From Oceanospirillales bacterium (GTDB taxonomy: Bacteria; Pseudomonadota; Gammaproteobacteria; Xanthomonadales; SZUA-36): a stretch of DNA of 64,000 nt. Below, piece after piece: positions 9,721 through 17,814 of the stretch. The stretch is from positions 889 through 64,888 of the forward strand of contig QIKV01000061.1 in the NCBI GenBank assembly GCA_003233115.1. The letters run 5' to 3'. Position numbers and translations under genes: made by a program. The notes below the pieces were generated by a model. It saw only the letters and a list, made by a program, of their open reading frames with translations, was not told the origin of the DNA and ran no database searches. Within the stretch, counting starts at the first letter, position 1; every line of letters begins with the position of its first letter.

Positions 9721-10881
9721 ATGAAAGACCAATCAAAACTTCAGTTAGCGACCCGCGCTATCCACGCCGGCCAGCGGCCGGATCCTGTCACCGGTGCCAT
9801 CATGACACCGATTTATGCGACCTCGACCTACGTACAGAGCAGCCCGGGTGTCCACCTGGGATGGGAGTACTCACGCAGCCACAACCCGACCCGTGATGCT
9901 TATGAACAGTGTATTGCAGACCTTGAAGGGGGCAGCCGGGGTTTTGCATTTGCATCCGGAATGGCGGCGACTGCGACGGTTCTGGAGTTACTCAATTCGG
10001 GTGACCATGTGGTCGCCATGGATGACCTGTACGGTGGCAGTTTCAGGCTCTTTCACAGTGTGCGTCAGCGCTCCGCAGGCCTGGATTTCAGCTTTGCTGC
10101 CATTGAAGACCCGCAGGTACTGAAGGCGGCCATCCGTGCTGAAACACGCATGATATGGGTGGAGACCCCGACCAACCCGATGCTCAGGATTGTGGATATT
10201 GCGGCGGTGGCCGAGGTTGCCCGTCAACAGGGTGCATTGCTGGTGGTCGACAATACCTTTGCTTCACCCATGCTGCAACGTCCACTTGAATTGGGGGCCG
10301 ATATCGTTGTGCATTCAGCAACCAAATTCCTCAATGGCCATTCCGATATGGTCGGTGGTGTGGCCGTGGTCGGCGATGATGTTGAGCTGGCAGAAAGGCT
10401 TTGGTACCTGCTTAACTCCATCGGCGGTATCCAGGGTCCGTTTGACAGCTTCCTGGCCATGCGCGGATTGAAGACACTGGCATTGCGCATGCAGGCGCAT
10501 TGTGAGAATGCGTTGCAAATTGCCCAATGGCTGGAACAACATCCGGCAGTTTCAACAACGCTGTACCCGGGGCTGGCATCACACCCGCAGCACGAACTTG
10601 CCATGCGCCAGATGGGCGGGCAGGGCGGTGGCATTATCAGTATCGACCTTAAAGGCGGCCTTGATGCTGCCAGGCGAATGCTGGAAGGCTGCCAGTTATT
10701 TGCACTGGCTGAGAGTCTCGGCGGCGTGGAAAGCCTGATCAATCACCCTGCCATCATGACCCATGCATCCATGCCGATAGAAAAACGGGCGGCTCTTGGC
10801 ATCAGTGATTCACTGGTACGTCTGTCGGTCGGTGTTGAAGACGTTGGTGACCTGATCGCCGAACTGGACTCAGTTTTGTAG
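9721..10881 (+). CDS. Cystathionine gamma-lyase / trans-sulfuration PLP enzyme
   Basis: Cys/Met-metabolism PLP family (…YSRSHNPTR…, HSATKFLNGHSD with the PLP lysine). Immediately downstream of CBS. Confidence 0.85.
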   Translation: MKDQSKLQLATRAIHAGQRPDPVTGAIMTPIYATSTYVQSSPGVHLGWEYSRSHNPTRDAYEQCIADLEGGSRGFAFASGMAATATVLELLNSGDHVVAMDDLYGGSFRLFHSVRQRSAGLDFSFAAIEDPQVLKAAIRAETRMIWVETPTNPMLRIVDIAAVAEVARQQGALLVVDNTFASPMLQRPLELGADIVVHSATKFLNGHSDMVGGVAVVGDDVELAERLWYLLNSIGGIQGPFDSFLAMRGLKTLALRMQAHCENALQIAQWLEQHPAVSTTLYPGLASHPQHELAMRQMGGQGGGIISIDLKGGLDAARRMLEGCQLFALAESLGGVESLINHPAIMTHASMPIEKRAALGISDSLVRLSVGVEDVGDLIAELDSVL

Positions 10882-10928
10882 CAACATTGTGCTGCTGGCA
10901 AGACCGAAACCATTTGATCGAATCACAA

Positions 10929-11534
10929 CTACATCCCCGTCAAAATCTTCCAGCGATTCACGATGACACAGAACAATTCAGCAGTTTTGACCGTATCGTA
11001 TGCTGCCGAGTGCGCCGCCGACTCATCCCAGTCAATGGCTGCTGCCTGTACCGCACGCGCCAGTACGGTCTGGCCGAAAGCCAGCCCGCCCAGGGTTGCC
11101 GTATCAAATGAACTGAAGGGATGGAACGGATTGCGTTTGTAGTCAATGCGTTCAATGGCTGCGTTCAAAAAGGACAGGTCGAATGACGCATTGTGGCCTA
11201 CCAGTATGGCGCGCTGGCAGTCGGTGGCGCGCAATTCCTTCCGGACCGGCAGGAAAATGTTGCTCAGGGCCTCCTTCTCGCTGATGGGATTGCGCTGCGG
11301 ATCATCAAGGTCTATACCAGTGAACTCCAGCGAGCGCGCTTCGATACGGGCACCCTGGAAAGGCTCAATATTCGCTGCGATGGTTTCGGCGATCTTGAGG
11401 CGGCCGAAATCATCCATGCATAATATGCATGCTGCAATTTCCAGCATCGCATCGGTTTTAGGATTGAATCCACCGGTTTCGACGTCGATAACCACCGGCA
11501 AGAAACCCCTGAAACGGTCAGAAATACGTGGCAT
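10929..11534 (-). CDS. rnt: Ribonuclease T
   Basis: DEDDh exonuclease motifs (PVVIDVETGGFN, GHNASFDLSF, HSAAYDTVKTAELF). I chose the start MPRISDRFRGF at 11534. The track ORF extends to 11594. Confidence 0.9.
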   Translation of the reverse strand: MPRISDRFRGFLPVVIDVETGGFNPKTDAMLEIAACILCMDDFGRLKIAETIAANIEPFQGARIEARSLEFTGIDLDDPQRNPISEKEALSNIFLPVRKELRATDCQRAILVGHNASFDLSFLNAAIERIDYKRNPFHPFSSFDTATLGGLAFGQTVLARAVQAAAIDWDESAAHSAAYDTVKTAELFCVIVNRWKILTGM

Positions 11535-11571
11535 ATTGGATTCCGGCAACAAAGGCAGCGAGAATAAGGGA

Positions 11572-12501
11572 ATGCGTATCAAATTACCATGCAAAAAATA
11601 CTACTTAGTCAGGATTTCTTACTCGGCCTGCATGCTGACCCTGGCTTTGTTGTTAACTGCATTTGCTCCACTTGCCCTGGCCGATGCCGACCGGGCGGTG
11701 TTCTGGGCCATCGAGAAGGATAGCCAACCCGCTGGCTATTTGCTCGGCACCATTCACAGCGAAGATCCGCGGGTGCTGGAATTCTCAGAAGATTTTCTGC
11801 GCAAACTAAGAAGCAACAAAGTGTTTGCCATGGAAATGGTGCCTGATCTGCCGACGCTGGCGCGCCTGACCGACTATATGCACTACCCGCCGGGCAAAAC
11901 GCTCGAGTCGGTGATCGGGCCTGAACGGTTTGGGGCGCTGGTAACGGCACTGTCTGTCTACAAGGTGCCGACAGAGTTCATCGAAAAAATGAAGCCCTGG
12001 GCAGCCATGATGACGTTGAGTACGCCACCACCGGAAACCGGTTTTTTCATGGATCTGTCCCTGTCCCTGCGGGCCACCGGGAATGGACTCAGGGTAGTCG
12101 GTCTGGAAACGCTCGAGCAGCAACTATCGTTTCTGGAAAACATGCCCCTGCCGATGCAGTTGCGTCTGCTGGATCAGGCTATTGCAGAATCCGGACGGGC
12201 CACCGAAGTACAAGACCGGATGGTCGATGCCTACCTTAAAAATGACCTGGTATTACTACAGACGCTGTCTGATGCTGAATTGATGGCGGTGGGAATTGAT
12301 GAACGTAATTACTTTTTAGAGTCAGGTATCATCGCCCGCAACCACCGTATGTTGGAATCATTGCTGCCCCTGCTTGAAAACAACAGCGTATTTGTCGCCG
12401 TGGGCGCGCTACACCTGCCGGGTGACGAAGGCCTGCTTGGTCTGCTACGCCACAACGGCTATGAATTGAAACCCCTGGAAATGCCGTTTATTGGCGAATA
12501 G
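11572..12501 (+). CDS. TraB/GumN family protein (exported)
   Basis: Signal peptide followed by VFWAIEKDSQPAGYLLGTIH...VAVGALHLPGDEGL, the TraB/GumN hallmarks. The start is ambiguous (ATG 11572 or 11632). The track ORF's N-terminal 140 aa is antisense to rnt and was discarded. Confidence 0.75.
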   Translation: MRIKLPCKKYYLVRISYSACMLTLALLLTAFAPLALADADRAVFWAIEKDSQPAGYLLGTIHSEDPRVLEFSEDFLRKLRSNKVFAMEMVPDLPTLARLTDYMHYPPGKTLESVIGPERFGALVTALSVYKVPTEFIEKMKPWAAMMTLSTPPPETGFFMDLSLSLRATGNGLRVVGLETLEQQLSFLENMPLPMQLRLLDQAIAESGRATEVQDRMVDAYLKNDLVLLQTLSDAELMAVGIDERNYFLESGIIARNHRMLESLLPLLENNSVFVAVGALHLPGDEGLLGLLRHNGYELKPLEMPFIGE

Positions 12502-12525
12502 ATCAGAGGTTCCCCTAGGGAAGGC

Positions 12526-13221
12526 TCAACCTCTGCCAGTAAATTCCGGCACCACCAGCGCCACAGCACCGGCACCGAGCAGGCTTAAGCCCCACAAAGG
12601 TTCAACCCAGACCGTTGCCAGGCTCAGGACTATCAAAGCCAGTCCTGCGGACTGCAGCCCTCCTGTGCGGTCATTCTCCAGGTGGCCGCGACCGGTCATG
12701 CTGACCAGCAAATGATCCAGTGAGAACTTGCCTCCGCCAGCAAACACCAACGGCAACAGCATCACTACGAACAGCAAAGGCAGCTTAAAGTTGCCGTAGC
12801 CTTTGGGGGTGATGACATAGCCATTCCAAAGCTCTGCCAGGCTGCTCCATTCTGCAGGCCAGTGCACGGCGGCTGTTGCCACTACTGTAATAACGATGAG
12901 TGAAATTGCGGCGAAGCGCGTAAACAGCCCCAGTAATAGCATCACGGCAAATACCAACTCACCCCAGGTGGCCATAAACCAGTTCAGGTTGACGGGAATC
13001 TGGTCGAATGGAAATGGGAAGCCTTTTTGCCAGTCTGCCCAGGGAATATCAGCGAACCAGTTTTCCCCGTGCAGTTTTGTGACGCCGGAATCCCAGAACT
13101 CCCATGCCATGATCAGCCTGAGCACAAGTGGCCAGACGTAGTCGCCAGAGGCACGCAAGCGGGAGGTAATATTATCGTAGAAATTACTCATTTTGGTGTC
13201 CGCTTCGGTTAAATATTCCAC
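12526..13221 (-). CDS. DoxX-family membrane protein, Hvf/Buf cluster-associated (HvfX-like)
   Basis: Multi-TM DoxX pattern ([21 protein letters not shown]...). GTG start with AGAGGA upstream. Last gene of the DUF692/DUF2063 operon. Confidence 0.75.
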   Translation of the reverse strand: MEYLTEADTKMSNFYDNITSRLRASGDYVWPLVLRLIMAWEFWDSGVTKLHGENWFADIPWADWQKGFPFPFDQIPVNLNWFMATWGELVFAVMLLLGLFTRFAAISLIVITVVATAAVHWPAEWSSLAELWNGYVITPKGYGNFKLPLLFVVMLLPLVFAGGGKFSLDHLLVSMTGRGHLENDRTGGLQSAGLALIVLSLATVWVEPLWGLSLLGAGAVALVVPEFTGRG

Positions 13222-13255
13222 TTGAATGCATCCTCTGGATGCGGTGTTTTGCTTA

Positions 13256-14050
13256 TCAGGGCCTGGTTCCCAGTACGATCTCTTTATGCCTCAGGTTTTG
13301 TAGCAGGTCAGCGCCACCTTCAACGACGACTTCCGGGTTGGGATGATGGATTTCCTCAGCCACTGCGTGCAGCAACTCCAGACCTGTAGACTGCGGTTCT
13401 GCATTCATTTTTTGGAGTAAGAGCCGCGCAATATTATTTATTTGCATGAATTTCACAACGAAGTCGCGCTGCCGCCAGACCAGCAGATGGGTTGGCTTTT
13501 CCGGTGCTTCCCTGGGTTGGAACCCGGTGCAGATGCGGTGGACCGGGTAGGTGTAGCTCAGCGGCCAGGCAAGGGGCGACAATAGCGGGATACCGTTTAG
13601 CAGATCGCCGTGTTTGTCTGCTGCAATATCATCATGATCTGCTTCATCGAGCGACAAGGCCAGCTCCACCCATTCGTAATGGGCCAACTCCAGCATAAAC
13701 GGCGGGTCACCCTCACGGTTCTGGCGCTGATCCTGCAGGTATTTCATAAACTCGCGTGGTATTTCCGGGAATAACGGCGTGTGGCAGCGGTATTCCTTGT
13801 AAAAATCACGGCACAGACTGGTCCAGTCATCGTCACTGAACAAGGTTTTAAGTACGGGGAAATTACCCGACATAAAGCTCTTGATGTTATTGAAAAACAG
13901 GTCCCGGTAGATTCCCATGCGACGGTCTTCAATACCGGCGGGTGCAGCCGCAGATTGTGGATCCCGGATATGGGCAGTAAAACTGGCCTGTAACCTGGCG
14001 AGGGCTTCAGGCGCGGCGTCGCTTTTCATCTGTAGGCTCTTCTGCTGCAT
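13256..14050 (-). CDS. DUF2063 protein, HvfC/BufC-like partner of the MNIO enzyme
   Basis: F..HIRDP......[19 protein letters not shown]-terminal DUF2063 signature. Overlaps the 3' end of the DUF692 gene. Alternative start at 14029. Confidence 0.8.
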   Translation of the reverse strand: MQQKSLQMKSDAAPEALARLQASFTAHIRDPQSAAAPAGIEDRRMGIYRDLFFNNIKSFMSGNFPVLKTLFSDDDWTSLCRDFYKEYRCHTPLFPEIPREFMKYLQDQRQNREGDPPFMLELAHYEWVELALSLDEADHDDIAADKHGDLLNGIPLLSPLAWPLSYTYPVHRICTGFQPREAPEKPTHLLVWRQRDFVVKFMQINNIARLLLQKMNAEPQSTGLELLHAVAEEIHHPNPEVVVEGGADLLQNLRHKEIVLGTRP

Positions 14051-14924
14051 GTTCTGTAGTTTTGGGTTCTGTTAACGTGGATCCATCCCGGCTCCATTTG
14101 TCCTGGATGTCTCTGATTTTCTGTACTTCGGCCAACAACTCAATGATCGGGGGAATATTGAAATCCCGCTCCAGCAGCGTGGGAAACACGCCAAAGAATT
14201 CGTAGGCCTTGTCCAGCAGATCCCACACATTACCAATAACATCGGCACCATGTGTATCCACTATCAGGTCTTCAGCTACGTTGTAGTGGCCGGCAATATG
14301 GCCGTAGGCGATCCGTTCAGCAGGCAAGGCCGCTAAAAACTCAACCGGATCATAGCTGTGGTTCACGCTGTTAACGTAAATGTTGTTTATATCCAGCAGC
14401 AGATCGCAGTCAGCTTCATCAATGATCGAAGTAATAAAATCTATTTCACTTAGTTCAGCACCGGGTGCTGCGTAATAAGATGCGTTTTCAATGGCCATGC
14501 GCTGGCCGAGCATATCCTGAACCTGGCGGATACGCCCCGCAACGTATTTAACGGCTTCTTCGGTAAACGGAATAGGCATCAGGTTGTAAAGGTGACCATC
14601 GTCCGTGCAGTAACTCAGATGTTCACTGTATGCACGGATCTGGTACTGATCCATAAATTTCCGCAGCTTGTGGATAAAGGTCTGATCCAGTGGGGATGGT
14701 CCGCCGATCGACAGCGACAGGCCATGGCAGATAAATGGCAGGCGCTGTGTCAGCGTGCGGAAAGATTGCCTTCTCTGGCCGCCAACGTTGATCCAGTTTT
14801 CAGGCGAAATCTCCATGAAATCAACAATTCCATCAGTGATTTCAGGGGAGGCCTGAAGCGGGCCCAAATGAACCCGCCGCAAACCAAGTCCTGCACCCGT
14901 TACCGGGTGTTGAGGGTGACTCAT
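14007..14924 (-). CDS. DUF692 multinuclear non-heme iron oxidase (MNIO), HvfB/BufB/MbnB-like
   Basis: GAGLGLRR.H......DFMEISPENW...HGLSLSIGG...YSEHLS... is the DUF692 TIM-barrel signature. Starts 11 nt after the precursor stop. Confidence 0.85.
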   Translation of the reverse strand: MSHPQHPVTGAGLGLRRVHLGPLQASPEITDGIVDFMEISPENWINVGGQRRQSFRTLTQRLPFICHGLSLSIGGPSPLDQTFIHKLRKFMDQYQIRAYSEHLSYCTDDGHLYNLMPIPFTEEAVKYVAGRIRQVQDMLGQRMAIENASYYAAPGAELSEIDFITSIIDEADCDLLLDINNIYVNSVNHSYDPVEFLAALPAERIAYGHIAGHYNVAEDLIVDTHGADVIGNVWDLLDKAYEFFGVFPTLLERDFNIPPIIELLAEVQKIRDIQDKWSRDGSTLTEPKTTEHAAEEPTDEKRRRA

Positions 14925-14935
14925 TGCATCAAGTC

Positions 14936-15526
14936 TCAGACGTTACCGCCACACGAGCCGTCCTGGGCCTTCATATGCTTTTCACCGCAAGAGCCTTCTT
15001 TGCCTTTCTCGCCCATTTCTTTCATCTTGCTCATGTCGCCTTTCTCGCCACAGGAACCTTCTGTACCCTTCTCACCCATGGTGCTTTTCTCGCCACAGGA
15101 ACCTTCTTTACCCTTGCCCATGTTGCCATTCATGCTGCAAGAACCTTCACCGCCCTTGCCCATCTTGTCCATCTTGCCTTTCTCGCCACAGGAGCCTTCT
15201 TTACCCTTGCCCATCTTGTCCATCTTGTCCATCTTGCCTTTCTCGCCACAGGAGCCTTCTTTGCCCTTGCCCATTTTGCCGTCCATGCTGCAAGAGCCTT
15301 CCCCGCCTTTGCCCATCTTGCCCATCTTGCCCTTGTCACCACCACATTTGCCTTCCCCGCATTTGCCTTCCTGACCCTTGTCGCCTGCCAGTTGGTAGCC
15401 GGCATCCAGGTCAGAAGTCACAAAAGGATTGCCACCGGCCAAAGCCGTTGAAGAGACCGCAAGGGATGAAACAAATGCGACGCCGACAGCGGCTGCAACA
15501 GGGTTTAACTTTAATTTACTAGCCAT
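14936..15526 (-). CDS. Secreted repeat-rich Cys/Met-rich RiPP precursor, HvfA / EGKCG-bufferin-like
   Basis: Sec signal peptide (...SSTALA), NPF...GY segment, then EGKCGEGKCG followed by eight more [E/D]GSC[G/S] motifs. That gives 10 Cys, all within the motif, separated by K/M/G-rich spacers. GGAGG RBS. First gene of the operon. Confidence 0.8.
   Translation of the reverse strand: MASKLKLNPVAAAVGVAFVSSLAVSSTALAGGNPFVTSDLDAGYQLAGDKGQEGKCGEGKCGGDKGKMGKMGKGGEGSCSMDGKMGKGKEGSCGEKGKMDKMDKMGKGKEGSCGEKGKMDKMGKGGEGSCSMNGNMGKGKEGSCGEKSTMGEKGTEGSCGEKGDMSKMKEMGEKGKEGSCGEKHMKAQDGSCGGNV
14985..15375. repeat. Imperfect tandem DNA repeats inside the precursor gene
   Basis: A near-identical unit, catcttgcctttctcgccacaggagccttcttt(a/g)cccttgcccat, occurs at 15171 and 15231 (60-nt period). 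Related ctcgccacaggaaccttct units occur at about 15043 and 15078. Confidence 0.8.
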
Positions 15527-15549
15527 TTGGTAGAACCTCCACAGTTTAA

Positions 15550-15577
15550 AAAAAACCCGCTAACATTCAGTGCGGGA
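15550..15577 (-). terminator. Candidate intrinsic terminator/attenuator (weak stem, strong U-tract)
   Basis: Minus strand reads CCCGC-ACTGAATGTTA-GCGGG followed by T8. It lies about 260 nt downstream of the nth stop and about 25 nt upstream of the precursor start codon. Confidence 0.4.
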
Positions 15578-15836
15578 ATATTATTTCGGCGCCAATGCAC
15601 CTCTATTTACAACCCGTCAAGAGTCAATAAAGACCTCTTTCAGTAAGCCAAAAGAAGCAATCTATGCCCGGATTGATTCCGGAGACTAGCAATTCTTCAG
15701 ACGTTTTCCAAGGAATAATCCGTATTCGATGCTATAGACCGGCGCTCGGAGAGGATTATTACAAATGATTTCCGGAGTGCCCCCTTTTGCAGCTTTAGCG
15801 CCTGCTTGGAGTGCTGGAATGGCCGCAGCAGACCAT

Positions 15837-16475
15837 TCATCCATAGCCTTTTTGTTTTCCGGTTCTGCACAAGTCGCGGACGATGCATTCCGGGCAATTT
15901 GGTTTGCGTGCCTTGCACACATAACGCCCGTGCAGGATTAACCAATGGTGGGCATTGAGCAGGTATTGCGAAGGCACACTTTTCAGAAGTTTACGCTCAA
16001 TGATCAGGGGGGTTTTGCCAACTGCCAGGCCGGTGCGATTGGCCAGTCGGAATATATGCGTGTCTACTGCAATTGCAGGTTCGCCAAATGCGGTATTCAA
16101 TACAACATTGGCTGTTTTGCGACCTACACCGGGCAGGGCTTCCAGGGCTTCACGGCTTGAAGGTACTTCGCTGGCATGACTGGCAAGCAGAATCCTGCAG
16201 GTGGCGATGATATTTTTTGCCTTGGCGTTAAACAAACCGATGTGCTTGATATAGGCTTTCAAGCCTGCTTCGCCCACAGCAACCATGGCGGTTGGCGTAT
16301 TGGCGACTTTATACAGCCTGCGGGTGGCAAGATTGACGCTGACGTCCGTGGCCTGAGCTGAGAGTATGACTGAAATCAGCAATTCAAAATTGGATTGGTA
16401 TTCGAGTTCGGTGGTCGGTTGCGGATCGATGGCCTGCAAACGCCGGAAAAACTCAGCTCGGTCGTCAGGCTTCAT
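15837..16475 (-). CDS. nth: Endonuclease III
   Basis: HhH-GPD motif (LPGVGRKTANVVL) and a C-terminal 4Fe-4S cluster loop (C..RKPNCPEC...C). I chose the start MKPDDRAEFF at 16475, which overlaps the rnfE stop. Confidence 0.9.
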   Translation of the reverse strand: MKPDDRAEFFRRLQAIDPQPTTELEYQSNFELLISVILSAQATDVSVNLATRRLYKVANTPTAMVAVGEAGLKAYIKHIGLFNAKAKNIIATCRILLASHASEVPSSREALEALPGVGRKTANVVLNTAFGEPAIAVDTHIFRLANRTGLAVGKTPLIIERKLLKSVPSQYLLNAHHWLILHGRYVCKARKPNCPECIVRDLCRTGKQKGYG

Positions 16476-17145
16476 GCGCACTCTGAACCTGCTCTGCGGG
16501 CCAGCGGCCAGCCCTTGCTTCCCACGCATTGCGGGCTGCAATCAGCAATGCCAGGCCGATAAAAGCACCCGGGGGCAACATGGCCAGCAGAAAGCCGGGG
16601 TGTTCCGGGAAAATAGTCAGTGTGAGGCTTTTGGCCCAATCCCCCAGCAGCATGTCCGACCTGAAGAATAAGGTGCCGCGCCCCGTCAACTCTCTTAGTG
16701 CCCCAAGTAGAACCAGTGTAATGCTAAACCCGAGACCGGTGGCAAAACCGTCCAGTACTGATGGCAGCAGCTTGTTTTTTGAGGCAAATGTCTCGGCTCG
16801 CCCGATGATGACGCAATTGGTCACAATCAACGGCACATAGATGCCCAGCACCACGTAAAGATCATAGAAAAAGGCATGCATCAGTAACTCAATCATTGAC
16901 ACTACCGAGGCGATGATCAATACGAATGCAAGGATACGTATTTCGGGCCTTAACAGCCCGCGCAGCAGCGACACGGTAAGACTGGACAGTATCAGGGTCA
17001 GTAGGGTTGCCAGTCCCAGTGCCAGGCCGTTGACCACGGTGTTGGTGACCGCTAACAGCGGACACAGGCCGAGTAAAACAGCCAGTCCGGTGTTCCGCCG
17101 CCAGGCGCCGTCTGTGAGTATCTTCTTTAAGCTGGTGTCGGTCAT
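16465..17145 (-). CDS. rnfE: Rnf electron transport complex subunit E
   Basis: Polytopic RnfE/NqrD-like sequence (LLGLCPLLAVT...). Position in the rnfABCDGE order. Confidence 0.9.
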   Translation of the reverse strand: MTDTSLKKILTDGAWRRNTGLAVLLGLCPLLAVTNTVVNGLALGLATLLTLILSSLTVSLLRGLLRPEIRILAFVLIIASVVSMIELLMHAFFYDLYVVLGIYVPLIVTNCVIIGRAETFASKNKLLPSVLDGFATGLGFSITLVLLGALRELTGRGTLFFRSDMLLGDWAKSLTLTIFPEHPGFLLAMLPPGAFIGLALLIAARNAWEARAGRWPAEQVQSAHEA

Positions 17146-17166
17146 TGTGGGCCAGTTGATTTAGGG

Positions 17167-17814
17167 TCACTCATTGCGAATCACCGCCTGTGAGGGTGTA
17201 TCAAACAGTTCCTGCTGATGTGCCTGAAAGTACAATAACGCAGTGTGTACCGCCCTGACCACAGCCCGCGGCGAAATCGTGGCGCCGGTAAATTGATCAA
17301 ACTCGCCACCATCCCTTTTTACTGCCCAGCCACTTCCATCCGGATTGTGTAAAGACCTTTGTGCAAATCCGAATACCCAGTCGCTCTTTTCAGCCTCAAT
17401 CGGATCGCCAAGGCCGGGGGTTTCCCGATGAGATATCACCCGCACGCCGAGTATCGTCCCGGCGGTGTTGATGGCGACCAAAAGCCGTATGTCACCATTG
17501 TAACCACCCGGCGCGGTGATGATCATCAGGACGGACACAGGCTTGCCATCCAGGCGGGCCCGATACACAGTGACCGCTGCCGGATGTCTGAAAAACTCGG
17601 GGTCGCTGATTTCGATCACGTCCTCAAACAGATCATTGTTGTAGGAGCCAACCGGAACGATTTCGTTAAGCTGCTGCAGCACACGGCGTTTTTCCTGTGC
17701 GACGATGCGGTCATGTGTCAGGTAATTCACACCTGCCAGCAAAGCTGTTCCCAGCAGGGCGATGACGCCCAGTAGCAGGCCGCCGCGTACCACCGGTTGC
17801 AAAGCTTTACTCAT
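17167..17814 (-). CDS. rnfG: Rnf electron transport complex subunit G
   Basis: N-terminal TM anchor plus an FMN-binding domain (…DQFTGATISPRAV…). Confidence 0.9.
   Translation of the reverse strand: MSKALQPVVRGGLLLGVIALLGTALLAGVNYLTHDRIVAQEKRRVLQQLNEIVPVGSYNNDLFEDVIEISDPEFFRHPAAVTVYRARLDGKPVSVLMIITAPGGYNGDIRLLVAINTAGTILGVRVISHRETPGLGDPIEAEKSDWVFGFAQRSLHNPDGSGWAVKRDGGEFDQFTGATISPRAVVRAVHTALLYFQAHQQELFDTPSQAVIRNE

Noticed and set aside
11146-11571. N-terminal 140-aa extension of the TraB/GumN ORF in the track.
   Set aside because: The extension is antisense to the well-supported rnt gene and has an Arg/Ser-rich junk composition. The real protein starts at the signal peptide (ATG 11572 or 11632).
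14985-15375. Tandem repeats considered as a possible CRISPR array or minisatellite.
   Set aside because: The repeats are contiguous and in-frame within a coding sequence, with no unique spacers. They encode the repeated peptide motif.
14592-15451. Long plus-strand ORFs (260 aa, 175 aa) and another minus-frame ORF (91 aa) running through the precursor repeat region. They have striking SLP/FLA repeat translations.
   Set aside because: They are antisense or off-frame readings of the G/K/E/C/M-coding tandem repeats. They have no RBS or sensible start context. The minus-strand frame has a signal peptide, a GGAGG RBS and operon continuity with the DUF692 gene.
15686-15844. Possible 52-aa minus-strand small ORF (MDEWSAAAIPALQAG…KRLKNC) between nth and the RiPP precursor.
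   Set aside because: It has no convincing RBS, no recognisable motif and no signal peptide, and it overlaps the nth stop. I kept it only as part of the unassigned-leader observation.
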